From contig OZ024742.1 in the NCBI GenBank assembly GCA_964016885.1, forward strand, positions 357,926,001 to 357,990,000: a stretch of 64,000 nt of DNA, given 5' to 3'. The DNA is from Eledone cirrhosa. Its lineage: Eukaryota. The position numbers were made by a program, and so were the translations under genes. Positions within the stretch are counted from its first letter, which is position 1, and each line of letters opens with the position of its first letter. Shown here one piece after another: positions 52,401 through 64,000 of the stretch. The notes beneath the pieces were generated by a model. The model saw nothing but the letters and a program-made list of their open reading frames with translations, searched no databases and had not been told where the DNA came from.

Positions 52401-55400
52401 TCAGTATTACCATATACTGGCTCAACAGAGAAGACCATACTAAGCTCTGACTAAGTAATACCACATAATGGCTCAACAGATAAGACCATAGTAAGCTCTG
52501 AGACAGTATTACCACATACTGAGCTCAACAGATAAGATCATACTAATCGCTGAGTCAGTATTACGACATACAGGCTCAACAGCTGAGACCATACTAATCC
52601 CTAAGTCAGTATTACCAGATACTGGCTCAACAGATAAGACCATACTAAGCTCTGAGTCAGTAATACCACATACTGGCTCAACAGATAAGACCATACTAAT
52701 CACTGAGACAGTATTACCACATACTGGGCTCAACAGATAAGACCATACTAATCACTGAGTAAGTATTACCACATACTGGCTCAACAGATAAGACCATACT
52801 AATCACTGAGATAGTCTTACCACATACAGGGCTCAACAGAGAGGACCATACTAAGCTCTGAATCAGTAGTACCACATACTGGCTCAACAGATAAGACCAT
52901 ACTAATCACTGAGTCAATATTACCACATTCTGGGCTCCACAGATAGGCCCATGCTAAGCTCTGAATCAGTAGTACCACATACTGACTCAACAGATAAGAC
53001 CATACTAAGCTCTGAGTCAGTAGTACCACATACTGGCTGAACAGATAAGGCCATACTAACCACTGAGTCAGTATTACGACATACTAGCTCAACAGATAAG
53101 ACCATACTAATCACTGAGTCAGTATTACCACATACTGGCTCAACAGATAAGACCATACTAATCACTGAGTCAGTATTACCACATACTTTCTCAACAGATA
53201 AGACCATACTAATCACTGAGTCAGTATTACGACATACTAGCTCAACAGATAAGACCATACTAACCACTGAGTCAGTATTACCACATACAGGCTCAACAGA
53301 TAACACCATACTAATCCCTAAGTCAGTATTACCAGATACTGGCTCAACAGATATGACCATACTAAGCTCTGAGTCAGTATTACCACATACTGGCTCAACA
53401 GATAAGACCATACTAATCACTGAGACAGTATTACCACATACTGGGCTCAACAGATAAGACCATACTAATCACTGAGTCAGTATTACCACATAATGGCTCA
53501 AAAGATAAGACAATACTAATCACTGAGTCAGTTTTACCACATACAGGCTCAACAGATAAGACAATATTAATCATTGAGTCAGTATTACCACATCCTGGAC
53601 TCAACAAATAGGACCATACTAAGCTCTGAATCAGTAGTACCACATACCGGCTCAACAGATAAGAACATACTAATCACTGAGTAAGTAGTACCACATACTG
53701 GCTCAACAGATAAGACCATACTAAGGTCTGAGTCAGTATTACCAGATACTGCCTCAACAGATAAGACCATACTAATCACTGAGTCCGTATTACCACACAC
53801 TGGACTCAACAGATAAGACCATACTAATCACTGAGTAAGTATTACCACATACTGGCTCAACAGATAAGACCATACTAATCACTGAGTCACTATTACGACA
53901 TACTAGCTCAAAACATAAGACCATACTAATCACTGAGTCAATATTATCACATACTGGCTCAACAGATAAGACCATACGAATCACTGAGTCAGAATTACCA
54001 CATACATTCTCAACAGATAAGACCATACTAATCACTAAGTCAGTATTACCACATACTGGCTCAACAGAGAAGACCATACTAAGCTCTGACTAAGTAGTAC
54101 CACATACTGGCTCAACAGATAAGACCATACTAAGCTCTGAGTCAGTATTACCACATACTGGCTTAACAGATAAGACCATACTAATCACTGAGACAGTATT
54201 ACCACATACTGGGCTCAACAGATAAGACCATACAAATCGCTGAGTCAGTATTACCACCTAGTGGCTCAACAGTTAAGACAATACTAATCACTGAGTCAGT
54301 ATTACCACATACTGGCTCAACAGATAAGACAATACTAATCACTGAGTCGGTATTACCACATACTAGCTCAACAGATAAGACAATACTAATCCCTGAGTCA
54401 GTATTACGACATACAGGCTCAACAGATAAGACCATACTAATCACTGTGTCAGTATTACCACATACTAGCTCAACAGATAAGACCATACTAATCACGGATT
54501 CAGTATTACCACATACTGGGCTCAACAGATAAGACCATACTAATCACTGAGTCATTATTACCACATACTGGCTCAACAGATAAGACCATACTAACCACTG
54601 AGTCAGTAGTACCACATACTGGCTGAATAGATAACACCATACTAATCACTAAGTCAGTATTACCATATACTAGCTCAACAGATAAGACCATAGTAACCAC
54701 TGAGTCAGTATTACCACATAATGGCTCAACAGATAAGACCATACTAAGCTCTGAGTAAGTAGTACCACATACTGGCTCAACAGATAAGACCATACTAATC
54801 CCTGAGTAATTAGTACCATATACTGGCTCAACAGATAAGACCATACTAAGGTCTGAGTCAGTATTACCAAATACTGCCTCAACATATAAGACCATACTAA
54901 TCACTGAGTCAGTATTACAAGATACTGGCTCAACAGATAAGACCATAATAACCACCGAGTCAGTATTACCACATACTAGCTCAACAGATAATACTATACT
55001 GATCACTGAGTCAGTATTACCACATACTGACTCAACAGATAAGACCATACTAATCACTGAGTCAGTATTACCACATAGTAGCTCAGCAGATAAGACAATA
55101 CTAATCACTGAGTCAGTATTACGACATACAGTCTCAACAGCTAAGACCATGCTAATTACTGAGTCAGTAGTACCATATAATAACTCAACAGATAAGACCA
55201 TACTAATCACTGAGTCAGTATTACCACATACTGGGCTCAACAGATAAGACCATACTAATCACTGAGTAAGTATTACCACATACTGGCTCAACAGATAAGG
55301 CCATACTAATCACTGAGTCAGTATTACCACATACTGGGCTCAATAGATAAGACCATACTAATCACTGAGTCAATATTATCAATTGCTGGCTCAACAGATA

Positions 55401-58400
55401 AGACCATACTAATCACTGAGTCAGTATTACCACATACTAGCTCAAAAGATAAGACAATACTAATCACTGAGTCAGTATTACGACATACAGGCTCAACAGC
55501 TGACACCATACTAATTACTGAGTCAGTAGTACCATATACTAACTCAACAGATAGGACCATACTAAGCTCTGAATCAGTAGTACCACATACTGTCTCAACA
55601 GATAAGACCATACTAATCACTGAGTCATTATTACCACATCCTGGGCCCCACAGATAGGACCATGCTAAGCTCTGAGTCAGTAGTACCACATACTGGCTCA
55701 AAAGATAAGACCATACTAAGCTCTGAGTCAGTAGTACCACATACTGGCTGAACAGATAAGGCCATACTAACCACTGAGTCAGTATTACGACATACTAGCT
55801 CAACAGATAAGACCATACTAATCACTGAGTCAGTATTACCACATACTGGCTCAACAGATAAGACCATACTAATCACTGAGTCAGTATTACCACATACATT
55901 TTCAACAGATAAGACCATACTAATCACTGAGACAGTATTACCACATACTGGCTCAACAGATAAGACCAGACTAATCACTGAGTCAGTATTACCACATACA
56001 TTCTCAACAGATAAGACCATACTAATCACTGAGTCAGTATTACTACATACTAGCTCAACAGATAAGACCATACTAACCACTGAGTCAGTATTACCACATA
56101 CAGGCTCAACAGATAACACCATACTAAACATTAAGACAGTATTACCATATACTGGCTCAACAGAGAAGACCATACTAAGCTCTGACTAAGTAGTACCACA
56201 TACTGGCTCAACAGATAAGACAATACTAATCACTGAGACAGTATTACCACATACTGGGCTCAACAGATAAGACCATACTAATCACTGAGTCAGAATTACC
56301 ACATACATTCTCAACAGATAAGACCATACTAATCCCTGAGTCAGTATTACGACATACTAGCTCAACAGATAAGACCATACTAACCACTGAGTCAGTATTA
56401 CCACATACAGGCTCAACAGATAACACCATACTAATACCTAAGTCAGTATTACCATATACTGGCTCAACAGATAAGACGATACTAAGCTCTGAGTCAGTAT
56501 TACCACATACTGGCTCAACAGATAAGACCATACTAATCACCGAGACAGTATTACCACTTACTGGGCTCAATAGATAAGACCATACTAATCACTGAGTCAG
56601 TATTACCACATAATGGCTCAAAAGTTAAGACAATACTAATCACTGAGTCAGTATTACCACATACTGGCTCAACAGATAAGACAATACTAATCACTGAGTC
56701 GGTATTACCACATACTAGCACAACAGATAAGACAATACTAAACACTGAGTCAGTATTACGACATACAGGCTCAACAGATAAGACCATATTAATCATTGAG
56801 TCAGTATTACTACATCCTGGACTCAACAAATAGGACCATACTAAGCTCTGAATCAGTAGTACCACATACCGGCTCAACAGATAAGAACATACTAATCACT
56901 GAGTAAGTAGTACCACATACTGGCTCAACAGATAAGACCATACTAAGGTCTGAGTCAGTATTACCAGATACTGCCTCAACAGATAAGACCATACTAATCA
57001 CTGAGTCAGTATTACCACATACTGGGCTCAACAGATAAGACCATACTAATCACTGAGTAAGTATTACCACATACTGGCTCAACAGATAAGACCATACTAA
57101 TCACTGAGTCAGTATTACGACATACTAGCTCAAGACATAAGACCATACTAATCACTGAGTCAGTATTACCACATACTGGGCTCAACAGGTAAGACCATAC
57201 TAATCACTGAGTAAGTATTACCACATACTGGCTCAACAGATAAGACCATACAAATCACTGAGTTAGTCTTACCACATACTGGGCTCAACAGATAAGACCA
57301 TACTAATCACTGAGTCAATATTATCTCATACTGTCTCAACAGATAAGACCATATTAATCATTGAGTCAGTATTACTACATCCTGGACTCAACAAATAGGA
57401 CCATACTAAGCTCTGAATCAGTAGTACCACATACCGGCTCAATAGATAAGAACATACTAATCACTGAGTCATTATTACCACATCCTGGGCTCCACAGATA
57501 GGACCATGCTAAGCTATGATACAGTAGTACCACATACTGGCTCAACAGATAAGACCATACTAAGCTCTGAGTCAGTAGTGCCACATACTGGCTGAACAGA
57601 TAAGACAATACTAACCACTTAATCAGTATTACCACATACTGGCTGAACAGATAAGACCATACTAATCACTGAATCAGTATTACCACCTACTAGCTCAACA
57701 GATAACACAATACTAATCACTGAGTCAGTATTACCACAAACAGGCTCAACAGATAAGACCATACTAACCACTTAGTCAGTATTACCACATACTAGCTCAA
57801 CAGATAAGACCATACTAATCACTGAGTCAGTATTACGACATAGTAGCTCAACAGATAAGACCATACTAATCACTGAGTCAGTATTACCACATACTAGCTC
57901 AACAGATAAGACCATACTAATCACTGAGTCAAAAGTACCACATACTGGCTCAACAGATAAGACCATACTAATCACGGATTCAGTATTACCACATACTGGC
58001 TCAACAGATAAGACCATACTAATCACTGAGTCATTATTACCACATACTGGCTCAACAGATAAGACCATACTAACCACTGAGTCAGTAGTACCACCTACTG
58101 GCTGAATAGATAACACCATACTAATCACTAAGTCAGTATTACCATAAACTAGCTCAACAGATAAGACCATACTAAGCTCTGAGTAAGTAGTACCACATAC
58201 TGTCTCAACAGATAAGACCATACTAATCCCTGAGTAAGTAGTACCATATACTGGCTCAACAGATAAGACCATACTAAGGTCTGAGTCAGTATTACCAGAT
58301 ACTGCCTCAACAGATAAGACCATAATAACCACTGAGTCAGTATTACCACATACTAGCTCAATAGATAATACTATACTGATCACTGAGTCAGTATTACCAC

Positions 58401-61400
58401 ATACTGACTCAACATATAAGACCATACTAATCACTGAGTCAGTATTACCACATAGTAGCTCAACAGATGAGACAATACTAATCACTGAGTCGGTATTACG
58501 ACATAAGTCTCAACAGCTAAAACCATGCTAATTACTGAGTCAGTAGTACCATATAATAACTCAAAAGATAAGACCATACTAATCACTGAGTCAGTATTAC
58601 CACATACTGGGCTCAACAGATAAGACCATACTAATCACTGAATAAGTATTACCACATACTGGCTCAACAGATAAGGCCATACTAATCACTGAGTCAGTCT
58701 TACCACATACTGGGCTCAATAGATAAGACCATACTAATCACTGAGTCAATATTATCACATACTGGCTCAACAGATAAGACCATACTAATCACTGAGTCAG
58801 TATTACCACATACTAGCTCAACAGATAAGACAATACTAATCACTGAGTCAGTATTACGACATACATGCTCAACAGCTGAGACCATACTAATGACTGAGTC
58901 AGTAGTAGCATATGCTAACTCAACAGATAAGAACATACTAATCACTGAGTCAGTATTACCACATACTGGGCTCAACAGATAAGACCATACTAATCACTGA
59001 GTCAGTATTACCACATACTGGGCCCCACAGATAAGACCATGCTAAGCTCTGAGTCAGTAGTTCCACATACTGGCTCAAAAGATAAGACCATACTAACCAC
59101 TGAGTCAATATTACCACATACTGGCTCAACAGAGAAGACCATACTTAGTTCTGACTAAGTAGTACCATATAGTGGCTCAACAGATAAGACAATACTAATC
59201 ACGGAGACAGTATTACCACATACTGGGCTCAACAGATAAGACCATACTAATCACTGAGTCGGAATTACCACATACATTCTCAACAGATAAGACCATACTA
59301 ATCACTGAGTCAGTATTACGACATACTAGCTCAACAGATAAGACCATACTAACCACTGAGTCAGTATTACCACATACAGGCTCAACAGATAACACCATAC
59401 TAATCACTAAGTCAGTATTACCATATACTGGCTCAACAGAGAAGACCATACTAAGCTCTGACTAAGTAGTACCACATACTGGCTCAACAGATAAGACCAT
59501 ACTAATCTCTGAGTCAGTATTACCACATACTGGCTCAACAGATAAGACCATACTAATCACTGAGACAGTATTACCACATACTGGGCTCAGCAGATAAGAC
59601 CTATACTAATCACTGAGTCAATATTACCACATAGTGGCTCAACAGTTAAGACAATACTAATCACTGAGTCAGTATTACCACATACTGGCTCAACAGAGAA
59701 GACAATACTAATCACTGAGTCGGTATTACCACATACTAGCTCAACAGATAAGACAATACTAATCACTGAGTCAGTATTACGACATACAGGCTCAACAGCT
59801 GAGACCATACTAATTACTGAGTCAGTAGTACCATATACTAACTCAACATATAAGAACATACTAATCACTGAGTCAGTATTACCACATACTAGCTCAAAAG
59901 ATAAGACCATACTAATCACTGAGTCAGTATTACCAAATACTGGCTCAACAGATAAGACCATACTATTCACTGTGTCAGTATTACCACATACAGGCTCAAC
60001 AGATAAGTCCATACTAATCACTGAGTCAGAATTACCACATACATTCTCAACAGATAAGACCATACTAATCACTGAGTCAGTATTACGACATACTAGCTCA
60101 ACAGATAAGACCATACTAAGGTCTTAGTCAGTATTACCACATACAGGCTCAAAAGATAACACCATACTAATCACTAAGTCAGTATTACCATATACTGGCT
60201 CAACAGAGAAGACCATACTAAGCTCTGACTAAGTAGTACCATATACTGGCTCAACAGATAAGACCATACTAAGCTCTGAGTCAGTATTACCACGTACTGG
60301 CTCAACAGTTAAGACAATACTAATCACTGAGTCAGTATTACCACATACTGGCTCAACAGATAAGACGATACTAATCACTGAGTCAGTATTACGACATACA
60401 GGCTCAACAGCTGAGACCATATTAATTACCGAGTCAGTAGTACCATATACTAACTCAACAGAGAAGACCATACTAAGCTCTGACTAAGTAGTACCATATA
60501 CTGGCTCAACAGATAAGACCATACTAAGCTCTGAGTCAGTATTACCACGTACTGGCTCAACAGTTAAGACAATACTAATCACTGAGTCAGTATTACCACA
60601 TACTGGCTCAACAGATAAGACGATACTAATCACTGAGTCAGTATTACGACATACAGGCTCAACAGCTGAGACCATATTAATTACCGAGTCAGTAGTACCA
60701 TATACTAACTCAACAGATAAGACCATACTAATCACTGAGTCAGTATTACCACATACTGGCTCAACAGATAAGACCATATTAATCATTGAGTCAGTATTAC
60801 CACATCCTGGACTCAACAGATAGGACCATACTAAGCTCTGAATCAGTAGTACCACATACTGGCTGAACAGATAAGGCTATACTAACCACTGAGTCAGTAT
60901 TACCACATACTGGCTCAACAGATAAGACCATACTAATCACTGAGCCATTATTACCACATCCTGGGCTCCACAGATAGGACCATGCTAAGCTCTGAATCAG
61001 TAGTACCACATACAGCCTCAACAGATAAGACCATACTAAGCTCTGAGTCAGTAGTACAACATACTGGCTGAACAGATAAGGCTATACTAACCACTGAGTC
61101 AGTATTACGACATACTAGCTCAACAGATAAGACCATACTAATCACTGAATCAGTATTACCACATACTGGCTCAACAGATAAGACCATACTAATCACTTAT
61201 TCAGTATTACCACATACATTCTCAACAGATAAGACCATACTAATCACTGAGTCTGTATTACCAAATACTGGCTCAACAGATAAGACCATACTATTCACTG
61301 TGTCAGTATTACCACATACAGGCTCAACAGATAAGTCCATACTAATCACTGAGTCAGAATTACCACATACATTCTCAACAGATAAGACCATACTAATCAC

Positions 61401-64000
61401 TGAGTCAGTATTACGACATACTAGCTCAACAGATAAGACCATACTAAGGTCTTAGTCAGTATTACCACATACAGGCTCAAAAGATAACACCATACTAATC
61501 ACTAAGTCAGTATTACCATATACTGGCTCAACAGAGAAGACCATACCAAGCTCTGACTAAGTAGTACCACATACTGACTCAACAGATAAGACCATACTAA
61601 GCTCTGAGTCAGTATTACCACATACTGGCTCAACAGATAAGAGCATACTAATCACTGAGACAGTATTACCACATAGTGGGCTCAACAGATAAGACCATAC
61701 TAATCACTGAGTCAGTATTACCACATACTGGGCTCAACAGTTAAGACAATACTAATCACTGAGTCAGTATTACCACATACTGGCTCAACAGATAAGACCA
61801 TACTAATCACTGAGTTAGTCTTACCAAATACTGGGCACAACAGATAAGACCATACTAATCACTGAGTCAGAATTACCACATTCATTCTCAACAGATAAGA
61901 CCATACTAATCACTGAGTCAGTATTACGACATACTAGGTCAACAGATAAGACCATACTAACCACTGAGTCAGTATTACCACATACAGGCTCAACAGATAA
62001 CACCATACTAATCACTAAGTCAGTATTACCATATACTGGCTCAACAGAGAAGACCATACTAAGCTCTGACTAAGTAGTACCATATACTGGCTCAACAGAT
62101 AAGACCATACTAAGCTCTGAGTCAGTATTACCACGTACTGGCTCAACAGTTAAGACAATACTAATCACTGAGTCAGTATTACCACATACTGGCTCAACAG
62201 ATAAGACGATACTAATCACTGAGTCAGTATTACGACATACAGGCTCAACAGCTGAGACCATATTAATTACCGAGTCAGTAGTACCATATACTAACTCAAC
62301 AGAGAAGACCATACTAAGCTCTGACTAAGTAGTACCATATACTGGCTCAACAGATAAGACCATACTAAGCTCTGAGTCAGTATTACCACGTACTGGCTCA
62401 ACAGTTAAGACAATACTAATCACTGAGTCAGTATTACCACATACTGGCTCAACAGATAAGACGATACTAATCACTGAGTCAGTATTACGACATACAGGCT
62501 CAACAGCTGAGACCATATTAATTACCGAGTCAGTAGTACCATATACTAACTCAACAGATAAGACCATACTAATCACTGAGTCAGTATTACCACATACTGG
62601 CTCAACAGATAAGACCATATTAATCATTGAGTCAGTATTACCACATCCTGGACTCAACAGATAGGACCATACTAAGCTCTGAATCAGTAGTACCACATAC
62701 TGGCTGAACAGATAAGGCTATACTAACCACTGAGTCAGTATTACCACATACTGGCTCAACAGATAAGACCATACTAATCACTGAGTCATTATTACCACAT
62801 CCTGGGCTCCACAGATAGGACCATGCTAAGCTCTGAATCAGTAGTACCACATACAGCCTCAACAGATAAGACCATACTAAGCTCTGAGTCAGTAGTACAA
62901 CATACTGGCTGAACAGATAAGGCTATACTAACCACTGAGTCAGTATTACGACATACTAGCTCAACAGATAAGACCATACTAATCACTGAATCAGTATTAC
63001 CACATACTGGCTCAACAGATAAGACCATACTAATCACTGAGTCAGTATTACCACATACATTCTCAACAGATAAGACCATACTAATCACTGAGTCAGTATT
63101 ACTACATACTAGCTCAACAGATAAGACCAAACTAACCACTGAGTCAGTATTACCACATACAGGCTCAACAGATAACACCATACTAATCATTAAGACAGTA
63201 TTACCATATACTGGCTCAACAGAGAAGACCATACTTAGTTCTGACTAAGTAGTACCACATACTGTCTCAACAGATAAGACAATACTAATCACTGAGACAG
63301 TATTACCACAAACTGGGCACAACAGATAAGACCATACTAATCACTGAGTCAGAATTACCACATACATTCTCAACAGATAAGACCATACTAATCACTGAGT
63401 CAGTATTACGACATACTAGGTCAACAGATAAGACCATACTAACCACTGAGTCAGTATTACCACATACAGGCTCAACAGATAACACCATACCCATCACTAA
63501 GTCAGTCTTACCATATACTGGCTCAACAGAGAACACCATACTAAGCTCTGACTAAGTAGTACCACATACTGGCTCAACAGATAAGACCATACTAAGCTCT
63601 GAGTCAGTATTACCACATACTGGCACAACAGATAAGACCATACTAATCACTGAGACAGTATTAACACATACTGGGCTCAACAGATAAGACCATACTAATC
63701 ACTGAGTCAGTATTACCACATAGTGGCTCAACAGTTAAGACAATACTAATCACTGAGTCAGTATTACCACATACTGGCTCAACAGATAAGACAATACTAA
63801 TCACTGAGTCGGTATTACCACATACTAGCTCAACAGATAAGACAATACTAATCACTGAGTCAGTATTACGACATACAGGCTCAACAGCTGAGACCATACT
63901 AATTACTGAGTCAGTAGTACCATATACTAACTCAACAGATAAGAACATACTAATCACTGAGTCAGTATTACCACATACTGGGCTCAACAGATAATAACAT
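28412..64000. repeat. 51/52-bp satellite DNA array (about 690-700 monomers, continues past the window end)
   Basis: Consensus ACCATACTAATCACTGAGTCAGTATTACCACATACTG(G)GCTCAACAGATAAG, head-to-tail in a single orientation throughout. Confidence 0.99.

Noticed and set aside
28412-64000. Satellite ORFs as a giant repetitive protein gene (mucin-like or zinc-finger HTG linker)
   Set aside because: Frames are broken every few monomers by 52-bp units and stop codons. There is no unique domain or splice structure, and the 17-aa period lacks C2H2 spacing.
28412-64000. CRISPR-like array (hairpin repeat plus linker)
   Set aside because: The linkers are repeated rather than unique spacers, there are no cas genes, and the context is eukaryotic.
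28412-64000. Hammerhead-containing satellite (minus strand CTGTTGA-GCCA..TGGT)
   Set aside because: It lacks A6 and the GAAA box, and has no coherent stem I or stem III.

Overview
AT-rich, gene-poor eukaryotic (animal) DNA. The repeat repertoire most resembles an octopod cephalopod (inference from recalled repeat families, not a search). No intact host gene is visible. Positions 1-28.4 kb are a mosaic of microsatellites and decayed mobile elements: CR1-like and RTE LINEs, two Naiad-type Penelope-like retroelements with GIY-YIG domains and 5' inverted repeats, a DD37D (maT) Tc1/mariner element, non-autonomous Helitrons, tRNA-derived SINEs and MITEs. About nine minimal type I hammerhead ribozyme motifs from five sequence-unrelated families are embedded here, several as divergent pairs inside short fold-back palindromes. 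From about 28,412 to the window end lies an uninterrupted array (>35 kb, roughly 690-700 copies) of a 51/52-bp satellite. Its monomer carries an 11-bp stem/6-nt loop hairpin plus AP-1-, RUNX- and GATA-type motifs, and it shows irregular higher-order repeats and spatially layered variants. The many ORFs in the array are artefacts of the 17-codon period.
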